From contig JAXGQB010000006.1 in assembly GCA_040766655.1 (NCBI GenBank), forward strand, positions 149,562 through 213,561: a stretch of DNA of 64,000 bases, written 5' to 3'. Positions within the stretch are counted from its first letter, which is position 1. Each line of letters starts with the position of its first letter. The position numbers were made by a program, and so were the translations under genes. The DNA comes from Anaerolineae bacterium (lineage in GTDB: Bacteria > Chloroflexota > Anaerolineae > CG2-30-64-16). Below the pieces are notes generated by a model. It was not told where the DNA came from. It did no database searches and saw only the letters and a program-made list of their open reading frames with translations. Shown in pieces: positions 18,060-26,658 of the stretch.

Positions 18060-18908
18060 ATGGATTGGCTCAGTTTCTTAATTGGCGCGCTTGTTGGTTG
18101 GCTCATCAGCTGGCTCATCGATGTACTACTGTGCCGCCCGCGGCGAAAAGCTGCGGAGGCGGATCTCAGCGCCAGGACGGTCGATCTCGAGCGGGAATCC
18201 GCGGTGCTTCGGGCGCGGCTTGCTGACGGCAGTGACGTGAAGTTCCAGGCGGGCAGGTCAGGGGCCGAGATGGATGCGCTTCGGGTCCAGCTGGCCGGTG
18301 CGACCGACGAACTCGCAGCAACGAAGGAACTGCAGGCAGACCTCGATGGCGCACGCGCTGAGTTGGCGGCACTCCGGGCCGACCTCGCCGGGATGCAGGG
18401 CCTCCAGGTGCGGTTCGACGCCGCCAACGCGGAGATCGCTTCCCTCAAGGCACAGCTCGCAGGAACGGCCGGTGTCCAGGCAGAGTTGGACTCCGTTCGG
18501 GCACAGCTGGCAGCGCGCGTTCCCGACATCGATCTGCCGGACACCGGGTCGACGCTGCGCGCGGGCGCCCAGACATTGGATTTGGACCTCTCTGCACCGG
18601 ATGCTGCGCCTGATGTTGACTTCGTCAGCCCGCTCCCGCTGGTGCAGCCCGACAAACCGGACGATCTCACGGCCATCGAAGGGATCGGCCCCAAGATTAA
18701 CGCGCTCTTCAAGCAGCATGGCATCTTCACCTTCGCACAGCTCGCGGAAGCAAGCCTCGAGCGCCTGCAGGCCATCCTCAGCGCCGGCGGGCCGCGCTTC
18801 GCCATCGCCGATCCGAGCACGTGGGCCGAGCAGGCCCGCATGGCAAGGGACGGCGAATGGGACGCACTCACCCGGTTCCAGGATTCCCTGAAGGGTGGGC
18901 GCGAGTGA
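18060..18908 (+). CDS. Membrane-anchored coiled-coil protein with C-terminal helix-hairpin-helix-like domain
   Basis: ATG at 18060 lies after CAGGAGGACAAG. N-terminal TM is WLSFLIGALVGWLISWLIDVLL. Repeated L.A.LAG.. segments follow. The C-terminus reads DDLTAIEGIGPKINALFKQHGIFTFAQLA...DPSTWAEQARMA. Confidence 0.7.
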   Translation: MDWLSFLIGALVGWLISWLIDVLLCRPRRKAAEADLSARTVDLERESAVLRARLADGSDVKFQAGRSGAEMDALRVQLAGATDELAATKELQADLDGARAELAALRADLAGMQGLQVRFDAANAEIASLKAQLAGTAGVQAELDSVRAQLAARVPDIDLPDTGSTLRAGAQTLDLDLSAPDAAPDVDFVSPLPLVQPDKPDDLTAIEGIGPKINALFKQHGIFTFAQLAEASLERLQAILSAGGPRFAIADPSTWAEQARMARDGEWDALTRFQDSLKGGRE

Positions 18909-18940
18909 GCGAGGCACGAGGAATGAAGGAGGATGCCAGC

Positions 18941-19807
18941 ATGGTAGATTCGGATTGTCGCTTCTGCCGCCTCTACAGGCCGATCGGCGCCTTGCTGCTG
19001 CTATTGGCGATCCTATTGCTGCTGATGCGCGCCTGTAATGCGCCGGCCACAACGCCACCTGTCGCAACAGCCGCGCCTGTAGTGGCCGCGCCTGCGGTGG
19101 ACGTGGTTGCGACGGTTGCGCCCACGGTCGTGCCGCCCACGGTCGTGCCGCCCACGGCTGTACCGCCCACGGTCGTGCCGCCCACGGCCGCGCCGCCCAC
19201 GGCTGTACCGCCCACGGCGATACCCGCGACGGCTGTGCCGCCGACAGCCATGCCACCGACAGCTATGCCGCCGACGGCGATACCCGCGACAGCGGTGCCG
19301 CTCCGGTTGCCCGAGCTGGCATTGCCGGCCGCGGCGGACTTCACTGCGGATGGCGTGACGCTGAGCGGCACGGGCGAGCCGGGCGCGACGGTTGAGATCC
19401 GGGAAGGTACTGTGAGGGTCGGCAGTGCGGTGGTGGGCGCGGATGGCCGATGGACCCTGCTGGCGGAGCTAGCAGAGGGCGCGCACCAGCTGGTGGTGCG
19501 GACGGTCGATGCGGCGGGGGAAATTCTGAATGAGGCGCCCGAGGTCAGTGTCACGGTGCCTCAGGCCCAGCCGGAAGCCGAAACCGGGGAAGAGATCGTC
19601 CTCGGTGCCGCCTACATCGTGAAAGCGGGCGATTGGCTGAGCACCCTGGCGCAGGCGGCGTACGGCGACTGGCGCCTGTATCCGCTGATCGTCGAGGCGA
19701 CCAACGCGAAGGCGGCGGAGGATGCGACGTTTGCCACCATCGATGACTCGAACCTGATCGAGCCGGGGTGGAAGATCTGGATCCCGGCCAAGCCTGCCGG
19801 AAACTGA
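18941..19807 (+). CDS. Secreted/anchored protein with Pro-Thr pentapeptide array, Ig-like domain and C-terminal LysM domain
   Basis: ATG at 18941 lies 7 nt after GAAGGAGGA. The linker is a (V/A)(V/M)PPT array. The Ig-like segment is TADGVTLSGTGEPGATVEI. LysM reads YIVKAGDWLSTLAQAAYGD...IEPGWKIWIP. Confidence 0.8.
   Translation: MVDSDCRFCRLYRPIGALLLLLAILLLLMRACNAPATTPPVATAAPVVAAPAVDVVATVAPTVVPPTVVPPTAVPPTVVPPTAAPPTAVPPTAIPATAVPPTAMPPTAMPPTAIPATAVPLRLPELALPAAADFTADGVTLSGTGEPGATVEIREGTVRVGSAVVGADGRWTLLAELAEGAHQLVVRTVDAAGEILNEAPEVSVTVPQAQPEAETGEEIVLGAAYIVKAGDWLSTLAQAAYGDWRLYPLIVEATNAKAAEDATFATIDDSNLIEPGWKIWIPAKPAGN
19121..19300 (+). repeat. 15-bp tandem repeat x12 (consensus cccacggtcgtgccg) encoding PT(V/A)(V/M)P
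   Basis: Twelve consecutive 15-nt units were read directly, in register with the reading frame. Confidence 0.9.
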
Positions 19808-19854
19808 GCCGAGCGGTCTCCTGAGCGATAGCGCCGTTCAGGAAAGCACGACGA

Positions 19855-19900
19855 GACGGCCCTGAGGGTACCACGTGTGGCCCTCAGGGCCGTCGTTTTT
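19855..19900 (+). terminator. Rho-independent terminator
   Basis: Perfect 14-bp stem gacggccctgaggg(19855-68)/ccctcagggccgtc(19881-94), followed by gttttt. Confidence 0.85.
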
Positions 19901-19986
19901 CGGTGACGGTCACTGGATTGGCGACGGACGGTGGCTCCAGGGGGCCATGTCCTGCGCTGCCGGCCCATCGGGCCCGCCTGTGGCGC

Positions 19987-20658
19987 TTAAGGTTCCAGCT
20001 TGGCGAGCCGTGCCCCAATTTTCGCACCTTCACTTGCCATCAGGGCCAGGAAGACGATCGAGATCAGCGCCAGCAGCACGTCCAGCCAGGTCACCGTGCC
20101 TGCCAGCGGCAGCGTCACCTGCGGAGAGCCGAACAGGAAGAGTGCAATCGAGGCGGCGATGCCCACGACGCGAACCTCCGTGGGGCCGATCTTTGAGGCC
20201 GAGATCCTGAACTCCTGGTTGACGATCATGTTGATGTAGGCCAGCGTCGAGAGCGCCATGTAGCTGATCAGGGCGAACGCGGCAACGCTGAAGTCCGCAA
20301 AAGGCGACAGCCCGATGCCCAGAAACATCAGCATCTCGTCGACCACATCGATCGTGTGATCGATGAAGAATCCGTACCGCGGCCGCTCGTGCTTGCGATA
20401 GCGGGCCAGCGTGCCATCCAGGGAATCCCCGAACCAATTGAGGACGAAGCCAAGAACGGCGAGCCACAGATAAGCGGGGTGGATGCTGGACAAGGCGTAG
20501 CCGAGGAGCACGCCAACAGCTCCCACGACGCCGAGCGCGGTGAGGTGATCCGGTTTCACCCAATCGGGCATGTGGCGCGCCAGCCACAAGAGCACACGAC
20601 GCTCGGGGCGGCTGAGCAGCGATTCCTGTACGCGGGTGTGTTTGGTCGCGACATCCAT
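19987..20658 (-). CDS. CDP-alcohol phosphatidyltransferase family protein
   Basis: Signature DSLDGTLARYRKHERPRYGFFIDHTIDVVDE fits D..DG..AR...G...D...D. The protein has multiple TM helices. Confidence 0.9.
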   Translation of the reverse strand: MDVATKHTRVQESLLSRPERRVLLWLARHMPDWVKPDHLTALGVVGAVGVLLGYALSSIHPAYLWLAVLGFVLNWFGDSLDGTLARYRKHERPRYGFFIDHTIDVVDEMLMFLGIGLSPFADFSVAAFALISYMALSTLAYINMIVNQEFRISASKIGPTEVRVVGIAASIALFLFGSPQVTLPLAGTVTWLDVLLALISIVFLALMASEGAKIGARLAKLEP

Positions 20659-20756
20659 GGGTTAACCCTTGTGAGCGTGATGAAAGAGTTCCTGTCGCCG
20701 GCGAGACGAGCGAGTAGCGGCACGGCGACAGGAGCCAGGGTTCTGGAGAAGGTCAC

Positions 20757-22601
20757 TCATCTCGCGAGCGCATCTGCCAGGTCGAGTAGTCCAAGCTGTT
20801 CGAGCCGGCTGCGCGCGGGGCGTCCGTCGGCGTCCAGTCCGCGCAGGGCATAGAACTCGGCCAACATGAGGTCCATGTCGGGCACCGAACCGGCGGTGGG
20901 GCCCTCTTCGAGCGGCTCCATCAGCCGCGGCGGCAGGCGGTCGTCCGCCGCCGTGGCGCCTAGCAGCAGGTTGATGCCATGCTTGAGCTGCCATAGGCGC
21001 TCGCCAGTCTGCGCAATCTCGGCCACCGTGTACGGGAAGCCCGTCACTGCGGCCAGCGCTTCGGCCATCTGCGTCGCGGTGAAGTTGATGTTGTTGAGCA
21101 TGCAGAAGCTCGCGGCATTCTGCACGGCCGCGACGTCCTGGCCCACAGCCGAGGTGAACGCCTTGCCCTCGCTGGATTGCTCGGGCAGCCCGCCCTCCAC
21201 GCCCAGCTCCGGATAACGCACGCCGCCCATCTCCAGGTAAACGTTGGCTGCGTTGTGGCACGCGCCGCGCGGCGCGGTGGCGTAGCCGATTCCCAGGCCG
21301 TGATAGGCGCGCGGGCTGTGCATGGCGACCTCGAGCCCTTTGACCGTGATCGCGAACGCGGCCGCATCCGGGCCGAGTTGCGCGGCTGCGGCAGCAGAGC
21401 CCTCGGCCAGCAGGTCACCCACGCCGCGGCGGAAGGCGATGTCGTCGATCGCGGCCAGGATGCCCGCCGCGTCCCCCCAGGCCAGGTCGCTGTGGAGGAG
21501 CCCGGCCTCGGTCGCCTCGATCGCAAACGCGATCGTCGCACCGCACGAGATCGTGTCCAGGCCGTAGCGGTTGCAGCGGTCGTTGGCTGCGGCGATCGCG
21601 GCCAGGTCCGAGACCAGGGTCATGGAGCCGAAAGCGGCCACCGATTCGTATTCGGGGCCAGGCCCCTGCGCGACGATGTAGGGCCCGTCTGCCACTGCAA
21701 CCTCGCGCTTGCACGCAACCGAGCATGAATGGCAGGTGCCCGTGCCCGTGAGGATCGTCTCCGCCATGGTGGCGCCGTCGAGCGCCAGGAGCGCGTCGTC
21801 GTCCCATTCGCCCGCGCGCCAATTGTGGAACGGCACATCGCCCATCAGCGAGCCCACGTACATCGCGCCGTTCGTCCCGTAGGCCTGGAACGTCTGCGAC
21901 ATGAGGTTCTCCTGCTGTTTGGCGAGTGCGTCCTCGCGCAGCGGCTTCAGTGCTGCAGGCGCAGCAACCTCGGGCTTGCCGCGGCCCACCGCCACGATTG
22001 CCTTCAGCCGCTTGCTGCCCATCACCGCGCCCATGCCGGTGCGCCCGGCCACGTGGCCCTTGTCGTGCACGACGGCGGCATAGCGCACGAGGTTCTCGCC
22101 CGCCGGCCCGATGCTGACAGTGCGCGCGGCGCGGCCGTGGCTTGCCTTGAGCGCGTCGTCGGTTTCGTAGGTGTCACGGCCCCATAGGTCGGTCGCATCG
22201 CGCAACTCGGCCCGGCCGTCGCTGATGAGCAGGTAGACGGGGCCGGATGCGGCTCCGGTGATGATCAGGCCGTCAAATCCCGCGGCCTTCAGCGCGGGCG
22301 CAAAGAAGCCACCGCAGCTGGCCTCGCCCCACAGCCCGGTCTGCGGTGACCTGGCGCAGATCACGAAGCGGCTGGAGCCGGGGAGGAGGTGGCCGGCCAC
22401 CGGCCCGGTCATGACGATGAGCGGGTTGTCAGCGTCGAGCGGCTCAGGGTAGGGCGGCGCGCTGAAGCGGTCCAGGTAGAGCCGGGCAGCCAACCCGCTG
22501 CCGCCGATGTAAATGCGCGCGAGATCGGGCTGCAACGCGATTTCGTGCGTCGCGCGCGAGGCCAGATCGACCTGGAGTAACTTGCCCGTGTAGCCGTACA
22601 T
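20757..22601 (-). CDS. aor: Aldehyde:ferredoxin oxidoreductase family (tungstopterin/4Fe-4S type)
   Basis: Start MYGYTGKLLQVDL follows GGAGAG and is the typical AOR N-terminus. The Cys cluster is GTGTCHSCSVACKRE. Length is ~614 aa. Confidence 0.9.
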   Translation of the reverse strand: MYGYTGKLLQVDLASRATHEIALQPDLARIYIGGSGLAARLYLDRFSAPPYPEPLDADNPLIVMTGPVAGHLLPGSSRFVICARSPQTGLWGEASCGGFFAPALKAAGFDGLIITGAASGPVYLLISDGRAELRDATDLWGRDTYETDDALKASHGRAARTVSIGPAGENLVRYAAVVHDKGHVAGRTGMGAVMGSKRLKAIVAVGRGKPEVAAPAALKPLREDALAKQQENLMSQTFQAYGTNGAMYVGSLMGDVPFHNWRAGEWDDDALLALDGATMAETILTGTGTCHSCSVACKREVAVADGPYIVAQGPGPEYESVAAFGSMTLVSDLAAIAAANDRCNRYGLDTISCGATIAFAIEATEAGLLHSDLAWGDAAGILAAIDDIAFRRGVGDLLAEGSAAAAAQLGPDAAAFAITVKGLEVAMHSPRAYHGLGIGYATAPRGACHNAANVYLEMGGVRYPELGVEGGLPEQSSEGKAFTSAVGQDVAAVQNAASFCMLNNINFTATQMAEALAAVTGFPYTVAEIAQTGERLWQLKHGINLLLGATAADDRLPPRLMEPLEEGPTAGSVPDMDLMLAEFYALRGLDADGRPARSRLEQLGLLDLADALAR

Positions 22602-22652
22602 GTGGTGCTCTCCTACCAAGAGACTGGCGACCGCGTCGCAGGCCCCGCGCGC

Positions 22653-23060
22653 CTAGATCAGGTGGCCCAGCCCTTTGGCGCGCAAGATCTCCGGATACTG
22701 TTTGTATGCGGGCGTGATGACGGGCAGCAGTTTCATGATCGCCGGGATGGGGCCCTTGGCCGTCATGGCGCCCCGGCTGAGGGCCGCCACGAGGTTCAGC
22801 TTGCCGAGCCAGAACTGGTGCGCGGTGTCGGCCGACATGGACATGTCGACGATCGGCTCGCGAATGTGCGGGCCGCAGGAAAGCGAGATGGGGTCCTCGC
22901 TGCCGTCGATGGTGATCTCGCCGTCCGGGTTGGTGTACTTGAAGCGGATGATCAGCCCCGATTTGCGGAACGCGGCGGACGCCTTCGGGTCCTGCCGCAG
23001 GAAGTCCAGGACTGCGCCGATGCAGTCATACATCTGTTCTGTGTCCTTGAAGACTGGCAT
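22653..23060 (-). CDS. SCP2 (sterol-carrier-protein-2-like) lipid-binding domain protein
   Basis: 135 aa; the ...SMSADTAHQFWLGKLNLVAALSRGAMTAKGPI... C-terminal pattern is typical of SCP2. Confidence 0.75.
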   Translation of the reverse strand: MPVFKDTEQMYDCIGAVLDFLRQDPKASAAFRKSGLIIRFKYTNPDGEITIDGSEDPISLSCGPHIREPIVDMSMSADTAHQFWLGKLNLVAALSRGAMTAKGPIPAIMKLLPVITPAYKQYPEILRAKGLGHLI

Positions 23061-23079
23061 GTGAGTTTCCTTTCATCTT

Positions 23080-23129
23080 AGGTGCCCGGCACTTTTGACG
23101 ATCCGAAGGATCGCAAGTGCCGGGCACCT
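23080..23129. other. 50-nt near-perfect intercistronic hairpin between the Fe-ADH and SCP2 genes
   Basis: Outer arms are aggtgcccggcactt(23080-94)/aagtgccgggcacct(23115-29), 15 bp and perfect. Inner arms are gatcc/ggatc. Confidence 0.8.
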
Positions 23130-23138
23130 TATCGGAGA

Positions 23139-24302
23139 TCAGTACGCGGCTTCGTAGAGGGCGAGGACTTCTTCCTCTCCCGCGTACACCGGATTGGTCA
23201 TCATCATGGCATCGCCCTGCGAGTCTTCGGCCATTTGCGCCAGCCCCTCGCGCGGCACGCCGACCTCCGACAGGCGGGCGGGCAGGCCACAGTCTGCCGC
23301 GAGCTGGCGCACAGCCGCGATGCCAGCGGCTGCCGCAGTCTCGACGTCCATGCCGGCCGTGTCGACACCCAGGCCGGCCGCCACCTCTGCCAGCCGGTCG
23401 GCACAGGCGGGCAGGTTGTACTCCATCCCGTAGGGCAGCAGGATGCTGTTGGCGATGCCGTGGGGCACGCCGTAGCGACCGCCACACGGGTGCGCCATCG
23501 CGTGCACGATGCCCAGCAGCGCGTTGCTGAACGCGATGCCCGCCATGTTGGCGGCCAGCAGCATGTTGCCGCGCGCCTCCAGGTCGTCGCCGTGCTGCAC
23601 GGCCTGGCGCAGGTTGGCCGCGATCAGCCTGATCGCGCCGAAGGCCAGCGCGTCGCTCAGCGGCTGCGCGCCGGTGGAGATGACGGACTCGATGGCATGG
23701 GTGAGTGCGTCCATGCCCGTGGCCGCGGTCAGGCCCGGCGGCAGGGAAACGGTGAGCTCCGGGTCGAGGATCGCCAGGTCGGGCATCATGAAGGGACTGT
23801 TGAACTCCAGCTTAAGACCCTGGGCCTCGTCGCGGATCACCGCGGCGATGGTGACCTCGCTGCCGGTGCCCGCGGTGGTGGGGATGGCGATGAGGGGCCG
23901 CAGCGGGCGGGTGAGGAGTCCCGCGCCTTCGTAGTCCAGCAGGCTGCCGCCTTCGCTCAGCAGCACGTTCATCCCCTTCGCGGTGTCCATCACGCTGCCG
24001 CCGCCCAGCGCGATCAGGAGATCGCAGCCGGCCGCACGCGCGAAGTCCGCGCCGTGTTCGACGACCTGCACCTCGGAGTTGGGCGGCACGTCATCGAAGA
24101 TCCCGCCGAGCGTCACGCCCGACCCCTCCAGGCCGTCGATGACCCGCTGCACCAGCCCGGCCTCGCGCAGGACCTTGTCGGTGACGATGACCACGCATGA
24201 GCCGCCGAGTTTGCCCGTCTCAAAGCCGATCTCGCGCACGCTGTTGGGGCCGTAGAGGATGCGCGGCCGCACGTAGAATTCGAAGAGCTGTGGGAGCACC
24301 AC
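23139..24302 (-). CDS. Iron-containing (group III) alcohol dehydrogenase
   Basis: GGGSVMDTAKG and HAMAHPCGGRYGVPHG motifs are present. Start was placed at the GTG 5 nt after AAGGAGGA, ending at 24302; the track start at 24341 is less likely. Confidence 0.9.
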   Translation of the reverse strand: MVLPQLFEFYVRPRILYGPNSVREIGFETGKLGGSCVVIVTDKVLREAGLVQRVIDGLEGSGVTLGGIFDDVPPNSEVQVVEHGADFARAAGCDLLIALGGGSVMDTAKGMNVLLSEGGSLLDYEGAGLLTRPLRPLIAIPTTAGTGSEVTIAAVIRDEAQGLKLEFNSPFMMPDLAILDPELTVSLPPGLTAATGMDALTHAIESVISTGAQPLSDALAFGAIRLIAANLRQAVQHGDDLEARGNMLLAANMAGIAFSNALLGIVHAMAHPCGGRYGVPHGIANSILLPYGMEYNLPACADRLAEVAAGLGVDTAGMDVETAAAAGIAAVRQLAADCGLPARLSEVGVPREGLAQMAEDSQGDAMMMTNPVYAGEEEVLALYEAAY

Positions 24303-24357
24303 GATGTCCTCCTTGACACAACGGGGCGAGCAATACGTCACATGGAGTAATGCTGGT

Positions 24358-24386
24358 ACTCTATCACAGAATCAGGCTGCCCTCAA
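24358..24386 (-). promoter_or_regulatory. Candidate sigma-70-type promoter for the ADH-SCP2-AOR operon
   Basis: On the minus strand: TTGAGG (24381-86), a 17-nt spacer, then TAGAGT (24358-63). This lies ~55 nt upstream of the ADH start. Confidence 0.4.
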
Positions 24387-24419
24387 GCGGGCCGTTGCGA
24401 GTTGCGATGGCGACGTGAT

Positions 24420-25253
24420 TTACTCGAAGAGGCTGGCCTTGACCGGTCCAGCCTCGGGTTCCGGCCAGGCCTGGGAGAACGATTCGTGCCGCATCAACTC
24501 TTTCACCATGGCCTCCGGCAACTGGCGGAACAGGTTCGCAGGGCCGAACTGCGTCCGGTGGCAGTGCAGGGCGGACCACTTCGCCTCGACCGTCTCGCCG
24601 ACGTCGATCACGGCGGTCACGGCCTCGTCGGGCCAGCCATGGTCGCCGCCGTTCTCCAGCCAACCGTAATCGCTCATGTCCCGACCCAGCGCTGTCAGCT
24701 GTTCCCACATGTGGGTGAAGAACGAACGCGGGATGGCGGTGTAGTACAGCCGCGCGGCCTGCCATGCCGGGCCGGCCTCGGGGTAACGGCCCGCGTCGGC
24801 GGCCGCGTGGAAGGCGGCGACGGTGTGCTTGTGGATGGCGATGTGGTCCGGGTGGCCGTAGCCGCCGTTTGGCTCGAAGGTGACCACGATCTCGGGCCTG
24901 ACCTGGCGGATGATGCGCACGAGCTGCGGCACGACCTCCTCCGCGGGCGCGTTGATGAATGCCCTGGGATGCTGGTTCTCCGGCGAGCCGGCCATTCCCG
25001 AATCGCGGTAATCCAGGAAGATGAGCTCGGCCACGCCCATCGTCTCGGCCGCGCAGCGCAGCTCGCTCTCGCGCACCGCGCCCAGTGTCTGGGGCGTGGC
25101 GTCGACGCCCTCCGCGATCTCGCCGGCTTCCCCCCGGGTCGCGCACACGAGCGTCGTCCTCACGCCCGCCTGCGCGTAGTGTGCCAGCGTGCCGCCCGTT
25201 CCGAAGGCCTCGTCATCGGGATGTGCAAACAGTGCCAAAAGCGAATGGTCCAT
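24420..25253 (-). CDS. PIG-L/LmbE-family N-acetylglucosaminyl deacetylase
   Basis: ATG ending at 25253 follows GGAGGAGCC. Motifs are LFAHPDDEAFGTGG and GYGHPDHIAIH. The 163-codon upstream extension in the track was rejected. Confidence 0.9.
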   Translation of the reverse strand: MDHSLLALFAHPDDEAFGTGGTLAHYAQAGVRTTLVCATRGEAGEIAEGVDATPQTLGAVRESELRCAAETMGVAELIFLDYRDSGMAGSPENQHPRAFINAPAEEVVPQLVRIIRQVRPEIVVTFEPNGGYGHPDHIAIHKHTVAAFHAAADAGRYPEAGPAWQAARLYYTAIPRSFFTHMWEQLTALGRDMSDYGWLENGGDHGWPDEAVTAVIDVGETVEAKWSALHCHRTQFGPANLFRQLPEAMVKELMRHESFSQAWPEPEAGPVKASLFE

Positions 25254-25264
25254 GGCTCCTCCGA

Positions 25265-26452
25265 TCAGCTCCCTGCATTCTTGACGTACTTGTCGAAGAA
25301 AGCAAGCGAGCGTTGCATGGCGACGTTGAAGTTTGCCGAGATATTGTGGTTGTCGCCCTGGTATTCGTGGTACTCGACCGCCACGCCCGCGTTCTCGATC
25401 ATCTTCGCGACATCGCGCGAGAACTGCACCGGCACCTCGACGTCCCCGGTGGCATGTTGGAGCTGCACCGGACCGGACAGATCCGCCGCATACTCGGCCG
25501 GCGAGATCGAGGCCCAGAAGGCCGGATTCTCGTCGGGCGTGCCGTACTTGTCGAAGAACTCCTGGCGCCAGCGCCGCGCGCGCTCCGGGATGTTCAGCGG
25601 GGGCGCACTGGCGGGCCGCCGCCAGTTGTTGATGATGTCGTAATAGGGCGCGACGACGCCGGCCCAGATCACGCCGGCCTTCACGTCCCCGGTGGTGACC
25701 ATGGCGCGCAGCGTGAGGTGACCGCCCATCGAGTGACCCCACATGCCGATGCGCCCGGCGTCGACAGCCGCGTACTGCTTCAGAGAGGCGACCGCGTTCA
25801 GGACGTCGATCGTGTAGTCCGGGTAACCGTACCCGCCGCGGGCCTCACCCTCCGAATTGCCGTGGCCGCGGAAGTCGGGCCGGAACACGATGTAGCCGTT
25901 GCGTGCGAAACCATCGACGTAAGCCACGTAGCGCTCCGTCGTGCGGTACTGCTCGGGCGGGATGTAGCCGTGATTGAACACGATGGCCGGCCAGCCCCCC
26001 GCCGGCGGCTCGCCGTTCGGCACGGTGAGCAGGGCGTAGATCTTTAGCCCCTCCGAGAGATACGACGCGAGGTAGCGCTGGTAGTTGCCCCCGGGCTGCA
26101 GCGTCTCCTCGATCGTGATCTCGCTGCCGGGGTACTCCGCCTGACGCATGGCCTCGATGGCCAGCGGTTCCATCGGCGTCGGCGACGGTGTTACGGTGGG
26201 CGTCGGGGTCGCCGTTGCCGTAGCCGTAGCCGTTGCCGTCGCGGTCGCCGTCCGAGTCGCTGTCGGAGTCGGGGTCAGGGTTGCCGTGGCGACAGGCGTG
26301 GTTGCCGCATTCGCGACAGCCGTAGCAGTCACATGCGCGATCGCCGCGGGCGTGACCGTTGGGGGTGCGGGCGTGCTATTCGTGCAGGCGCTGAATGCAG
26401 TCATCACTGCCGCGCCTATCACTATCCGGGCAATGCGCCTCATCTTCTTCAT
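25265..26452 (-). CDS. Lipoprotein alpha/beta hydrolase (S9 prolyl-oligopeptidase / dienelactone-hydrolase-like)
   Basis: Signal plus lipobox is MKKMRRIARIVIGAAVMTAFSAC. A Thr/Ala/Pro linker follows. The nucleophile elbow is GMWGHSMGGH. Confidence 0.85.
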   Translation of the reverse strand: MKKMRRIARIVIGAAVMTAFSACTNSTPAPPTVTPAAIAHVTATAVANAATTPVATATLTPTPTATRTATATATATATATATPTPTVTPSPTPMEPLAIEAMRQAEYPGSEITIEETLQPGGNYQRYLASYLSEGLKIYALLTVPNGEPPAGGWPAIVFNHGYIPPEQYRTTERYVAYVDGFARNGYIVFRPDFRGHGNSEGEARGGYGYPDYTIDVLNAVASLKQYAAVDAGRIGMWGHSMGGHLTLRAMVTTGDVKAGVIWAGVVAPYYDIINNWRRPASAPPLNIPERARRWRQEFFDKYGTPDENPAFWASISPAEYAADLSGPVQLQHATGDVEVPVQFSRDVAKMIENAGVAVEYHEYQGDNHNISANFNVAMQRSLAFFDKYVKNAGS

Positions 26453-26658
26453 GTTCGATCCAACTTCCGTTACAGGGTGCCGGGCGGCCAGCCGAGTGTA
26501 CGCGCGTGGCCGACCGGACCCCGGCATTCTACAGGCTCTGGTCCTCTCGTTCTGTAAGCCGCCCCGCATGCCCCCATGCGTAGCCCTGCCGTTGGGGGCC
26601 CCTGTGGCGTTTTATGCGATTTTGCTATATGATCCCCACGCACATCAAGGAGGCTGGC

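Noticed and set aside
26160-26300. Highly repetitive gccgt(t/a)gcc... DNA that looked like a short tandem or CRISPR-like array
   Set aside because: It is the coding sequence on the minus strand of a (Thr-Ala/Thr-Pro)n lipoprotein linker. There is no spacer/repeat architecture. The same applies to the Gly-codon run at 8090-8190.
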